IMG/VR virus record: IMGVR_UViG_3300031823_000004
Coordinates: 17,341 to 81,340 of that record
Strand: one strand, 5' to 3'
From: a virus
DNA length: 64,000 bases
The notes beneath the pieces were generated by a model. That model ran no database searches. It was not told the origin of the DNA and saw nothing but the letters and a program-made list of their open reading frames with translations. Positions 17,349 through 27,151 of this stretch are shown here, in pieces. Every line of letters begins with the position of its first letter. Position 1 is the stretch's first letter. The position numbers were made by a program, and so were the translations under genes.

Positions 17349-18971
17349 ATCAAGATCCCCCTGTTTTCCGATCCGCAGTTCCTGGACGCGAGCGCAGTCG
17401 GTGGCCTGAACCCCGCTTTCGGTATCGTGTCGGGAGACTTCGCGTCGGTCGGTATAGCAGCGTGGGCCGATCCGGGTTTGCTTTCGCCCGAGTCCATGAC
17501 GGTTTCGTTCTCCGGCATGGTCGCCACGATCGGACTTCCCTCCCCGTGGGGCATCATGTCGTCCGGCAGCGTTGTCGTGCGCGCCCACGGCACACAGACC
17601 AGCCAGGACACCCAGACCTATACCGTCAATTTCGCGCCGCTGGTGCCCGCCAGCGGCAGCGTCACCGCGTATCTTGCCGCGACGATCACCACGATCCAGC
17701 AGACACCGATGCCGGTGCCCGGGCCACCGCCAGGGCATCCGGCCTATAACCCGAACACGGTGCCGACGGTCGTCTATGCCCAGCAGCTTTACACGACAGC
17801 ACTTACCGCGGTGACTGGCGGGATCGACAACGTCAATACCTTCGAACTTTTCCGCACGACCCTGACGGCAAGCCAGTCCACCTTGTCCGCCTATAATACC
17901 GGATACCAGCAGCGCGCTGCGAATCGCCAAGCGCTTCCCTCTCTGTTCCTGGCAAGCGGCGGCACTCTGACGCCTGCACAGGCGCAGCTTGTTCTGTATC
18001 CTACTGCCGCCGGACTGACGCACACACTGCCCCCGGCAAGCGGCGCCAACGGACTGCCGTTCACCTTTGTCAACCTGACAAACGGCAACGAGACCGTCGC
18101 CACAACCAGCACCGATGTTATCTGGGGAATGAGCGGCGGCGCGCCGACAAGCTCTGTCGTAATTGCGCCTAGTGGATCCGTGACGTTCTGGGCTTTGGGT
18201 GCAAGCAACCCGGGATCTTACGCAGCCCTCGCATTCTCCCCGTCCACGCTGCTTACCGCAAGCAACACGTGGACGGGCGGCACCAACACGTTCAACGGAT
18301 CGGTAGTTGTCGGCACAAACCTGACGGTTGACGGTAGCGAAACAATAGACGGCAATCTCACAGTCGATGGCAGTGTCTTTGTTGCCGGCGCTGGTGGCCT
18401 TACGGTGAGCAACAACGCTGCCGTAGACGGTGTCCTGTACTTAGGTTCATCCGGAGCGTTCTACATCAACCCCAACAGCGGCGGCACTCAGCTAATAGAG
18501 TTTGGGTCAGGTAACTATATTCAATATACCGGTGGAACGGGTATCGCTATTGTCTCAGGCGGCAGTCTGATTCTGTACGACTCTGGTGGTGGTTCCAATT
18601 TCACTATGTCCGGGAACCTGTTCACTGCCAACAATGCCGGTTTGCGTGCGGCGTTCGGCGCGTTTGGATCTGGTGACAGTGCCCGTTGTGTAGTGCTTAA
18701 CGACTTTGTACTTAGCGGCAATTCCGGCGGCTGGTACGAAAGGCTGCCGAACGGATTGATCATTCAGGGGGCCCAGGCGCTGACCCCCGGCACCAACGAT
18801 TACTCTGTGACCTATCCGATCGCCTTTCCAACTGCGCTCTTGGTTGTCGTTGGCTGTGCGGTGAATAGCACAGCAGCGTACGGAGCGGTTGCGGCATTCG
18901 GAAGCCTGACAGGTTTTGGTGCCCACATGAATACGCCGTGCAACATGGAATACATAGCGATAGGGTATTAA
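17349..18971 (+). CDS. Tail fibre protein with C-terminal gp53-like domain (probable ATC start)
   Basis: AGGAG RBS 5' of an in-frame ATC; C-terminal GWYERLPNGLIIQG...VTYPIAFPT...YIAIGY fibre-tip motif. Confidence 0.8.
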   Translation: MKIPLFSDPQFLDASAVGGLNPAFGIVSGDFASVGIAAWADPGLLSPESMTVSFSGMVATIGLPSPWGIMSSGSVVVRAHGTQTSQDTQTYTVNFAPLVPASGSVTAYLAATITTIQQTPMPVPGPPPGHPAYNPNTVPTVVYAQQLYTTALTAVTGGIDNVNTFELFRTTLTASQSTLSAYNTGYQQRAANRQALPSLFLASGGTLTPAQAQLVLYPTAAGLTHTLPPASGANGLPFTFVNLTNGNETVATTSTDVIWGMSGGAPTSSVVIAPSGSVTFWALGASNPGSYAALAFSPSTLLTASNTWTGGTNTFNGSVVVGTNLTVDGSETIDGNLTVDGSVFVAGAGGLTVSNNAAVDGVLYLGSSGAFYINPNSGGTQLIEFGSGNYIQYTGGTGIAIVSGGSLILYDSGGGSNFTMSGNLFTANNAGLRAAFGAFGSGDSARCVVLNDFVLSGNSGGWYERLPNGLIIQGAQALTPGTNDYSVTYPIAFPTALLVVVGCAVNSTAAYGAVAAFGSLTGFGAHMNTPCNMEYIAIGY

Positions 18972-18973
18972 CG

Positions 18974-19534
18974 ATGTCTTTGTACGCACAGTTCGATCCT
19001 ACCGTTCCGTCGCCATCACCCGTCATAACCTGGTACGACACCGATTTCGCCAACTACCCGAACCTGCCGCCAGAGTCCAATCTGCTGGAGGTTAGCGCCG
19101 TCCAGTGGACCGCACACTTGGCCAATCCCGGCGGCTGGGCAGTTTCCAACGGCGAACTGGTACCATACACAGTGCCACTGACAGCGGCACAGGTGGCGCA
19201 GACAGCGTATAGCGTAGCGGTCGCTGTAGGTGTGGCGATCGTCAGTACCGGTACGCCGTCGCTCAATGGCGCCTACGCTCTCGACCAAGCCAGTCTTGGC
19301 CGGATAGCTGCGGAGCAAACCTACATCGCCACAACAGGTAAATTCACCAACGGACAGACGACACGGGCATGGCCTGATTTGTCCGGTGCGCCACACGTGT
19401 TCCCCAGCACTGCGGAGTTCGTCGCCTTTGCCGAAGCGGTCGCGCAGTACGATGACGCGCTGCTGACCGCGCTTGCCGCAGGCAACGCCGGAGGGGCGTG
19501 GGTTGCACCGGCGCTGCCAGGTCCGATCCCGTAG
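18974..19534 (+). CDS. Tail fibre assembly/chaperone (DUF4376-like)
   Basis: Follows the fibre gene; YAQFD...VITWYDT, WPDLSG.PHVF...EFVAFAEAVAQY. Confidence 0.65.
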   Translation: MSLYAQFDPTVPSPSPVITWYDTDFANYPNLPPESNLLEVSAVQWTAHLANPGGWAVSNGELVPYTVPLTAAQVAQTAYSVAVAVGVAIVSTGTPSLNGAYALDQASLGRIAAEQTYIATTGKFTNGQTTRAWPDLSGAPHVFPSTAEFVAFAEAVAQYDDALLTALAAGNAGGAWVAPALPGPIP

Positions 19535-19535
19535 G

Positions 19536-21221
19536 TTACGGCGAGGGCGTCTGCGGCGTGACGAAGCCCTGCCACATCTGCTGCGCCAGTGTCCCGGCCG
19601 CCTGAAGGCTGTTGAACACCTGGAGCCCCTGTCCGGTCCCTTCCGGCAAGCCCTGCTGGTAGATGCTGCTGGCGCCCGGCACATACTGGCGCATCGCGTT
19701 GCCGGTGTAGATCGCCTGAAGGAGCCCAGCGGAGCCAGAGTCCGCATAGACCCCGGACGGCAGCCCACGCGACAGCGTAAGCGTCGTCGACGACTGGCCA
19801 CCGAAGACGAAATGGTGCGTCACGCCTTCGACGTAAAAGGTCCACAGCAGGCCATCCTTGAACGGCGCATACTCATAGCGCGTGCCGATGTAGACCGACG
19901 GTGCGAGCGGCACCGTCACCTGGCCTCGCGCCATCAGCGCCAGGGGATGCCACCACGAGGCGAGCGCCGCGGTCAGCGTCGAGACCGATTGCAGCATGCC
20001 GGTGCCTGCTGAAGCGGCGATAGTGCCCTGCGGGTCATAGAACCAGCGGGTGGTGCCGTCGCACGGCCGGTATCCGTAGCGGTGCACCGAGGCCGGATCC
20101 GCAGCACCGGCGAAAATGAACGCGAACGGCGTGTTGTTCCCGCCTTCGCTGAATATCGTCGAGTACGCCGTCGGGTTCAGCTTGTAGAAATTGCGCACTT
20201 CATCGGACGAGAACGACACGGTCGATTCATAGAACCCAAAGCCGGACAGCGTCGTCTTGGGCAGCGCGTTCCAGCGCGACATGTCGAGCGGCGTTGGCGC
20301 GGACGTGCTGGGCGACGGCGTGGCCGGGAAATCGAAGCGCGGGACAGGATTGACCCGCGCCACCATCTGGGGTCCGGACGGCAGCGCGTAGGGGAACTCC
20401 TGCATGGAAAAGACGGTGCCGGGTGCAGTCACCCCGCCTCCCGGCAGCCCGTATAACCCGTTGGGCGCGGTGGTGACGAAAAACTCGTACCAGGGCCACG
20501 GGAAGATGTCCATGAATTTGGCCATCCAGGATTCCAGCCCGGTGAACTGTTCGGTAACCGGGATGACGACGTTGGGGTAGTTTTCCAGGTTTTCCGACAC
20601 CAGGGTGTTGAACGCCAGCCGCGTATAGCCGCCGCCGTACGGCACAAAGGTGGTGCTCAGCATGCCGACACCGCTGCTGGCCATCACCTGCCACCATTTG
20701 TCGCCGACCACGGCCGGGCCGCGCTGCCCCTGCATGCCCTGCGACATGAACGGCACGATGCTCGCCGGCAGCAGCCCAAGCTGGTTTTGCAGCCCGGAGT
20801 TGATGGTAAGCCCGTACATCGCCAAGCTGTACCAGTTGGCCGTGTTGAAAAACCACGCGAAGTCCGAACCGACAATCGCCGGCGAGCGCACCGCGGTCGA
20901 GCCTTCCGGCGTGGACTGCCAACGCTGGTCTTCCGACGTGTCGGTGGCGACGCCGTCCATGACGATCGCCGAATCAGCACCACGCTGCATGCCGATCAGC
21001 ACATGCGAGCCCGGGGTGATGATCTCGGTCCAGTCCGGTGCCGATTCCGGCCCGTACGGGCCACCAGGCGCCAACTCGATCGAGAACCGGCCGTCGCCGC
21101 CACCCCGCAGGGTTTTCGTCACCGTGATCGAGCGGATCTGGCCGCCGTTGATATAGAACGGGCCGCCTTCGAATGGGTACACTTCGATCCCTGCGGCGAC
21201 GGCCGCGATGACATCGGACAT
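19536..21221 (-). CDS. Baseplate hub protein (gp27-like)
   Basis: Downstream of the tape measure; SITVTKTL...GRFSIEL, YEFF, RYGYRP, FYVEGVTHHFVFG..STTLTLSRG. Confidence 0.78.
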   Translation of the reverse strand: MSDVIAAVAAGIEVYPFEGGPFYINGGQIRSITVTKTLRGGGDGRFSIELAPGGPYGPESAPDWTEIITPGSHVLIGMQRGADSAIVMDGVATDTSEDQRWQSTPEGSTAVRSPAIVGSDFAWFFNTANWYSLAMYGLTINSGLQNQLGLLPASIVPFMSQGMQGQRGPAVVGDKWWQVMASSGVGMLSTTFVPYGGGYTRLAFNTLVSENLENYPNVVIPVTEQFTGLESWMAKFMDIFPWPWYEFFVTTAPNGLYGLPGGGVTAPGTVFSMQEFPYALPSGPQMVARVNPVPRFDFPATPSPSTSAPTPLDMSRWNALPKTTLSGFGFYESTVSFSSDEVRNFYKLNPTAYSTIFSEGGNNTPFAFIFAGAADPASVHRYGYRPCDGTTRWFYDPQGTIAASAGTGMLQSVSTLTAALASWWHPLALMARGQVTVPLAPSVYIGTRYEYAPFKDGLLWTFYVEGVTHHFVFGGQSSTTLTLSRGLPSGVYADSGSAGLLQAIYTGNAMRQYVPGASSIYQQGLPEGTGQGLQVFNSLQAAGTLAQQMWQGFVTPQTPSP

Positions 21222-21226
21222 TTACC

Positions 21227-21255
21227 TTGCGCTCCACGCATTTACATGCTATATG
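21227..21255 (+). promoter_or_regulatory. Promoter for the antisense-oriented membrane gene
   Basis: TTGCGC-N17-TATATG. Confidence 0.5.
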
Positions 21256-21267
21256 CAACGGCACAAC

Positions 21268-21570
21268 ATGCTAAAGACGCGTGCCGTGCATTTCCTCATT
21301 CTCTTCCTGATCCCCATGCGGGTCGTCAACATAGTCCTCGGTACGATAGCGACCGTGGTCCTGTTGCTCTTTTTGCTGGACACCGTCCAAAGGGATATCG
21401 AAAGAGGGGCGCCAGCGGAGTGCAGAACCTATTCGCAAATCATGGCCGACTACTACAATGACACCTTCACAGGCTGTGTGCCGTATGGTCCGCCGATCCC
21501 GGGATCCGTGAAAGTCTACGGTTCGAACGGCGTCCATCCGGGACAAGCCCACGACAGGAACTACCAGTAA
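21268..21570 (+). CDS. Small membrane protein inserted against the tail operon (moron-like)
   Basis: N-terminal hydrophobic stretch, two Cys, lower GC, own promoter. Confidence 0.6.
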   Translation: MLKTRAVHFLILFLIPMRVVNIVLGTIATVVLLLFLLDTVQRDIERGAPAECRTYSQIMADYYNDTFTGCVPYGPPIPGSVKVYGSNGVHPGQAHDRNYQ

Positions 21571-21571
21571 C

Positions 21572-24001
21572 CTATTGCGGCGGAACAACTCTCGACCAGT
21601 CGACACCCGACTGTGTTCCTCTGTCGATGATCCTTCTCATGGCCGCGTGCAGCGCGTTGAAGTCGACCACCGCCGTTTCCAAAGCTGCGTTGAAATGCGG
21701 AATGATGCCGCTGATCTCGCCGAACTGTGTCGCCGCTCCCGCCATGCTGGCGGTCATCACGGTTGCCTGGAGCGACAGGACGTCTGTTGGGATGTTGCCC
21801 GTCATCCCGGCTTGGGCGAGACTGCGGTTGACGCCGGCACCGTACTCCGGCGTCAGGCCGCCGGTGTAGCGCTGGAGCGCACCTGTCACGTTACCGCCGG
21901 ATGCGTCCAGGTCGGTCCGCAGGAGCCCGATGCCTTCCTCGATGCTTTGCATACGGTCGCGCGGCCGCGGCAGTCCGGACGATCCGGCGATCTGCATCGG
22001 GTTGTCCACCGCCGGCACCCCATAGGCACCTATTGCGGTGTTCCGGCCGCCGGTCGACTCCTGCATCATCACTGCGCCGGACAGGAGCGGGTTGACGTTT
22101 TTCGCCTCGCTCTGCTCCATGACCTTGTCGATCAGGTCAGGCAGCACGCCCATTCGAGACAGCCCAGCGCGGTAATCGGCCCGCTTGGCAGGATCGAAAC
22201 CGGCCGTGGCTGGGCTTAGCTGACCGTTGGGCGCGGTGTTCAGCCCGGGCTGCATCCCCTGCGGGTTCATGCGCAACGCCATCGCCGCCTGGGTACCGGT
22301 TCCGGTGAGGTTGCCGACGGCGATATCCCGCAATTCCGGCGGAAGCTGACTGATGATCGGGTTCTGCGACAGCACCTTGTACTGTGCTGCCGGGTTACCG
22401 GCCGTGACTACGTCCAGCCACTTCATGGCACCGTACGCGTCACCGGACCTGACGGACTGCAACAGCATCCGCACGGCTTCCGAGCCTTCCGGTGAGGACT
22501 TCAGCTTGGTGAAGGCCTCAGTTCCGACGAGACGGCTTACGTCACCCTCGCTGCGCAGCCCGGACGCTGCATTCCACGCCAGGACCGATCGTGTCGGATC
22601 GCTTCCGACGGTGCTCATGGCCGATGCGAGCCCGGCCTGCGCGTTCACCGCGGCCTCTCCGGTGCGGCCGCCCGGCAGATTGGAGAACCGCATCATAAAG
22701 TCCTGGAGCCCGGTCGTGCCGATGCCCATGCCGCCGGTTTGCACCGCGAGCGACAGTGATGCGTCGATCGAGTGCAGGATCGACGTGCGGTCCATGCCGC
22801 GCGTGATGGCGTTTTCCAGCGTGTCGGAAAGCTGATTGGAGTAACCCCGGACGCCCGCCTCGGTCGGCGCGACCATGCCGTACCGTCCGGCTTGGCCGAT
22901 CGTGCCAGTCACGTCACCGGTGTTCAGGCCGCTCAATCCCGGTAGGAAACGGCTCATGGCCAGGCCGCGGGACAGGCCTTCGACATCGGTCGCGCTCTGG
23001 GGTGCGACGCCAAAACCACGCACCAAATCGAGGCCTTCAGCCGGTCCGATCCCAGCGGCCGACATCCATTCCGGTGTGTGATAGCCACCCGGGAAAAACC
23101 GGCTGCGGATATCCTCGCCGCCAACACCTATCGCGCGGCCGAGGCCGTAGCTCCGGTTCGTCAGGTCTATGTACGGCTTGGCGCTGCTTAGCGCGCTCTC
23201 CTCCAGGCCGCCGAGATGCTGCGGCAGCGTGGCGAGTTCGTACCCGGCCATAGCGGCAAGCCCGTAGCCGCCGCCTCGCATAAGCAGCCGCGCCGTCGCT
23301 CCGACCCCCAGCATGTTGGCCATGCCGAAGTGTCCGTGGCCGCCACCGCCGAAGCCTCCACCGCCCCAGCCACCACCCCAACCGCCACCACCCCCGCCCC
23401 AGCCGCCGCCACCGCCGCCACCAGGTCCGCCACCCCCACCACCTCCACCGCCGCCACCTCCACCGCCTCCCCCGCCACCAGGGGGAGGGGGAGGCGGCCC
23501 GCCCCAGCCCCAGCCGTTCGGTGGCGGCGGGATGCCGATAGCGCCAGCCAGCGCAGCAGGCGACAGCCACGATCCGGGAGAGTGCGTCCACGCGGCTGTG
23601 TACCCACCGCCGCCACCGCCACGGCCGCCACCGCCGCCGCCGCCAGGGGCTGCTGGAGGCATGCCGTGCATGTCGATGTCGCGGATCATGCCACCGAGCG
23701 ACGACGCCGGTGCACCAGGGATCGGCGTGGTGATCGCACGCAGGAAACCGAACTCCGCGGACCCGGCAGGACCGCCACCAGCGCCTGCATTCGGGTTTGT
23801 CCAGCCGGTCGACGACGCTGACGTTGCTTCCGCAGCGTGCCGGGCCATCCAGTGGCCAAGCAGGTTGCCGCCGTCACCACCGGCAGAACCGCCGACCACG
23901 CCTGCCTCGATCCCCTGAAGCTGGCTGATCGACATGTGGCCGAGACCCAGCCCGCCGGGCTGCGCATAGCCTGGATTGCCCTCGATGCGGATCTCAGGCA
24001 T
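21572..24001 (-). CDS. Tape measure protein with C-terminal lytic transglycosylase (SLT) domain
   Basis: Follows the chaperones; VNPLLSGAVMMQES...NPMQI...IEEGIGLL...GNVTGALQRYTGG; poly-Gly N-terminal tract. Confidence 0.8.
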   Translation of the reverse strand: MPEIRIEGNPGYAQPGGLGLGHMSISQLQGIEAGVVGGSAGGDGGNLLGHWMARHAAEATSASSTGWTNPNAGAGGGPAGSAEFGFLRAITTPIPGAPASSLGGMIRDIDMHGMPPAAPGGGGGGGRGGGGGGYTAAWTHSPGSWLSPAALAGAIGIPPPPNGWGWGGPPPPPPGGGGGGGGGGGGGGGGGGPGGGGGGGWGGGGGGWGGGWGGGGFGGGGHGHFGMANMLGVGATARLLMRGGGYGLAAMAGYELATLPQHLGGLEESALSSAKPYIDLTNRSYGLGRAIGVGGEDIRSRFFPGGYHTPEWMSAAGIGPAEGLDLVRGFGVAPQSATDVEGLSRGLAMSRFLPGLSGLNTGDVTGTIGQAGRYGMVAPTEAGVRGYSNQLSDTLENAITRGMDRTSILHSIDASLSLAVQTGGMGIGTTGLQDFMMRFSNLPGGRTGEAAVNAQAGLASAMSTVGSDPTRSVLAWNAASGLRSEGDVSRLVGTEAFTKLKSSPEGSEAVRMLLQSVRSGDAYGAMKWLDVVTAGNPAAQYKVLSQNPIISQLPPELRDIAVGNLTGTGTQAAMALRMNPQGMQPGLNTAPNGQLSPATAGFDPAKRADYRAGLSRMGVLPDLIDKVMEQSEAKNVNPLLSGAVMMQESTGGRNTAIGAYGVPAVDNPMQIAGSSGLPRPRDRMQSIEEGIGLLRTDLDASGGNVTGALQRYTGGLTPEYGAGVNRSLAQAGMTGNIPTDVLSLQATVMTASMAGAATQFGEISGIIPHFNAALETAVVDFNALHAAMRRIIDRGTQSGVDWSRVVPPQ

Positions 24002-24380
24002 TGACCGGCTTCCCGCCCCGGGTAATGCCTGGCTTCATCGTTTGCGCTGCGCCCATCTTCGCCTTGTACGCGTTCAGGCGTGCCTGGGCTTCGCTCAGTC
24101 CTGCCACTTTTAACCGGTCAGCGTTGTCTATGGCGACCGACGCCCACGCAGCCGCTGCCTCGCTCGCTACGCGCCGCGGGTCCACACCGTTGCGCAGGAA
24201 GGTGAACCGTTCGGGCTCGTCTCGCGCGCCCATCTCCAGAATAAAGTCGAGTTCAGCCGGGGTGTGCTGGGTCAGCGGCTTGCCGAACGGACCGCCTGCT
24301 GCATGACTACCCAGGATTCGGCTGGCCACCCACAGCTTGGCTGCCAGCCTGTGGTCCGGCGGTATTCCGTCTTGTTCGAA
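23994..24380 (-). CDS. Tail assembly chaperone C-terminal extension (T part, via +1 frameshift)
   Basis: No good start of its own; entered by +1 at TTT CGA (24381-24376); overlaps the tape measure start. Confidence 0.6.
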   Translation of the reverse strand, partial: FEQDGIPPDHRLAAKLWVASRILGSHAAGGPFGKPLTQHTPAELDFILEMGARDEPERFTFLRNGVDPRRVASEAAAAWASVAIDNADRLKVAGLSEAQARLNAYKAKMGAAQTMKPGITRGGKPVNA

Positions 24381-24774
24381 ATCGCAACACCTGCTTGGAG
24401 AAACTATCTCCGATATCCCACACCGTCTGTTCGCGATCCGGCGGGAACTTGCTGGAATCAACGACCGGTTTGCCGTCTTCCCCTGGTGTGAACGGCCACG
24501 TTTGGTTCGACCGTACGAGGTACATCTCCATGATGGCGCAGTTTTGCGCGAAGTCGACGGTGGCGCGGTCCACGGCGAAGTCGAGTATGCCGCCGGAACC
24601 GGGGTACGCCTTTCGCCGGACTTCGGCGGCGCGATAGCCGAGTTCGATCCGATGATAGATGCCGGGCTTTCGGAAGATGTATGTCTCGGTTGTAACGCCC
24701 GCGTCGCTGCCTTCCCCGTATTTGAGGACGACTTCGAACTCTGGCGAAAGTGGATCGTCGGTCGTACCGGACAT
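24307..24774 (-). CDS. Tail assembly chaperone (G part)
   Basis: GAGGAG RBS; lies between tube and tape measure; FR motif near the C-terminus. Confidence 0.75.
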   Translation of the reverse strand: MSGTTDDPLSPEFEVVLKYGEGSDAGVTTETYIFRKPGIYHRIELGYRAAEVRRKAYPGSGGILDFAVDRATVDFAQNCAIMEMYLVRSNQTWPFTPGEDGKPVVDSSKFPPDREQTVWDIGDSFSKQVLRFRTRRNTAGPQAGSQAVGGQPNPG

Positions 24775-24821
24775 GCGCGCTCCTCAAAAGCAATGCGAAG
24801 CGCAACCATATCGACACGCAG

Positions 24822-25352
24822 TTAAGCAGTCAAGCCGATCGTCCCGGCCGCCGCACCAGCCGAGGCTATCGCGGATGCAACGCTGATCGCGTTTTCACCG
24901 GTGTTCAGGACACTCACGCCGACGTTGTTCAGCACGTCCATCGCAAGGAACGAGTAGGTGTCGCGCACCGGCGCATTTGCCGGTATTGACTCGGCGAAAT
25001 TCTGGCACTTGCAATCGACATAGGTGAACACAACGGTTTGCGTCAGGCCGTCGTACACGTGGAAATCGAAGACGTTCCCCGCCAGGATGTAGTTCAGATT
25101 CTGGCCGCCCTGGAGCAAATTGACCCCCTGCACCGTGAGCGCAAAGGTATCGAGATTGATCTGCGGCGAGACGCGAAGCTGCTGGACTTCCTGCGGCAGC
25201 GCCGATCCGATGCCGTAAAGCTGTTCGGTGCCGAACGGGAACTGATGGCCTGTCGTCTGGGCAAAAAAGATGACCTGATCGCCGAGCATCGCGGCGACCT
25301 GGTTACCGTTACGGACGTTATTCTTGACGACTTGCGGTGTGAAACCCGGCAT
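24822..25352 (-). CDS. Tail tube protein
   Basis: Follows the sheath; GTEQLYGIGS..PQE...FTYVDCK...IPANAPV...SFLAMDV. Confidence 0.82.
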   Translation of the reverse strand: MPGFTPQVVKNNVRNGNQVAAMLGDQVIFFAQTTGHQFPFGTEQLYGIGSALPQEVQQLRVSPQINLDTFALTVQGVNLLQGGQNLNYILAGNVFDFHVYDGLTQTVVFTYVDCKCQNFAESIPANAPVRDTYSFLAMDVLNNVGVSVLNTGENAISVASAIASAGAAAGTIGLTA

Positions 25353-25362
25353 GTCTCAGTTC

Positions 25363-27150
25363 CTAGGTCGCAACAATCTGGAAGTTCAACGGCTCGACGG
25401 ATGCGAAAACCGTGATGTAGGCGTTCTCGTTCACCAGGGTGACCTGCACCGTCACACTGGCCAGCCGCTGGGTGCCGCTGTAGTTCAGCACCAGGGACTG
25501 CGGGTTCCACGATGCCAGCACACCGTTGCTCGACCCGCCGGTGTAGATCAGTGCGTTGTACAGCCGGGTGATGGCATTGGTGATGTTCACCTCGGTAACC
25601 GGCGAGGCAATTGTGCCGACGTACTTCCGCAGGGTGTTGGTGGTCGAGTACGCCAGCCAGTACCGGCATGCAACCTGCTGGGACGACGTGTTCTCCACGT
25701 TGTCGTCGGCCTGCCAGGTCGTCATGTCGTTGACGATCGTCGGCGGACCGTTCTGCTGCGCAGTCTGCCAGATCGCCATGACGCCGCCGTTTTGCAGCGT
25801 ATTCAACTGCGAAACCGACAACTGCGCGCCAGCGTTGGCGCCTTCCACGCCGGTACCGTTCAACACCTTGTTGGTCAGCGGCAGAGCGACGATGTTGCCG
25901 GTCGCGATCGACGCCGCGGCCGCCGCCACGTACAGGCCGCCATAAAGCTGGTTTTGCCCGGTATTCGTGTTGGTAGCGTAAATGCCCGGATAGGCGTAGA
26001 CCATCTGGAGGCTGTCGAGATTCGTCGCATTCGTCACGGTAGTTGCGACGGTGTCGCCGATCGACGAGCCGGTGAAACCCCGGCGCCACATGCCGTACGG
26101 TGGGCTGGACGCAATTTCGCAGTGTGCCGCCATCAGCGCCTGGACAGCCGTCGCGTTGCTGTCGCAGAACACCGTCCAGGCGGGCACCCCAAGCGCAAGT
26201 GTCAGACCCGACGCATAGTCCCCGTTCACCGGCGGTACGCCGGTCGCCCCGGAAAAGAACGTCGGCGTGCCGACATTCGGCAGCGCTGCATAGCCCGACA
26301 CGGCACCCACGCCGGTCGCCGCGGTGACCAACGTCGAAGCGAACTGATTGACCCAGAATGCCAGGTCGTTCTGTCCGGCCGGTACGTTAACGTAAACTGG
26401 TGTAGCGCCCGAAGCGAGAACACCGGAAGAGGCGTCCAGCAGCAGACATGGAAGCTGCCCGCCGGAAGAGGACAGGCTGATTGCCTCGAAAAAGCCTGTG
26501 CCGTTGATCGCCTCGGCCAGGATCGCTGTTGTGGAGTAGGCGCCCGATCCTATGGCAAAGACGGCGCCCTCGCCTGCGTTTGGACTCGACAACGTAAAGG
26601 TGCCTGATACCGGCAGGCAGTTGTACGAGACGGACGCCGAGGCCGTGCCAAGATAGGCGATTTCGAACGGCACGCCGAGATCGTCGCCAATGAACTGCGC
26701 ACCGGAATAGTTGTCGGTCAGCGTCAGCTTGCGGCCGGTCGTCGAGCCCGACGACACCTGATAGGTCAACTGGTTCGACGGCGGCCCGTACAGCACCGAG
26801 GTGAGGGTTGCGTACGCCGCACCGCCGGAGGTGGTCAGCAACGCTGCCGACTGCGTGTTGCGCGAGACGTCGATGAAGGTGATTAGCTGCGTGCCGAACA
26901 GCGACGGGCTGGGCGTCTGGATGAACGGAATGAAGTTCGATACCGGCGCACCACGCACCGCTATCGAAAAGTCCTGCGCGTTGGCGTAGGTCTGCGGAAC
27001 CTTCGGTTTCGGCCCCCAGCCATAGCCCAGCACCAGCATGGGCGGCGTGGTCGGCGGATTGTTGCCTGCCGCGGCCGTTACGTCATCAGCGTAATAGGCG
27101 CCCGGCAGCCCGATGAACTGGCCGTCGAAGGTGATACCTTGCAAAGGCAT
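25363..27150 (-). CDS. Contractile tail sheath protein
   Basis: ITFDG...PGAY N-terminus, VYAYPG, PLTNKVL, LNTLQNGGV, IVNDMTT, LRKYVG. Confidence 0.9.
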   Translation of the reverse strand: MPLQGITFDGQFIGLPGAYYADDVTAAAGNNPPTTPPMLVLGYGWGPKPKVPQTYANAQDFSIAVRGAPVSNFIPFIQTPSPSLFGTQLITFIDVSRNTQSAALLTTSGGAAYATLTSVLYGPPSNQLTYQVSSGSTTGRKLTLTDNYSGAQFIGDDLGVPFEIAYLGTASASVSYNCLPVSGTFTLSSPNAGEGAVFAIGSGAYSTTAILAEAINGTGFFEAISLSSSGGQLPCLLLDASSGVLASGATPVYVNVPAGQNDLAFWVNQFASTLVTAATGVGAVSGYAALPNVGTPTFFSGATGVPPVNGDYASGLTLALGVPAWTVFCDSNATAVQALMAAHCEIASSPPYGMWRRGFTGSSIGDTVATTVTNATNLDSLQMVYAYPGIYATNTNTGQNQLYGGLYVAAAAASIATGNIVALPLTNKVLNGTGVEGANAGAQLSVSQLNTLQNGGVMAIWQTAQQNGPPTIVNDMTTWQADDNVENTSSQQVACRYWLAYSTTNTLRKYVGTIASPVTEVNITNAITRLYNALIYTGGSSNGVLASWNPQSLVLNYSGTQRLASVTVQVTLVNENAYITVFASVEPLNFQIVAT

Positions 27151-27151
27151 T

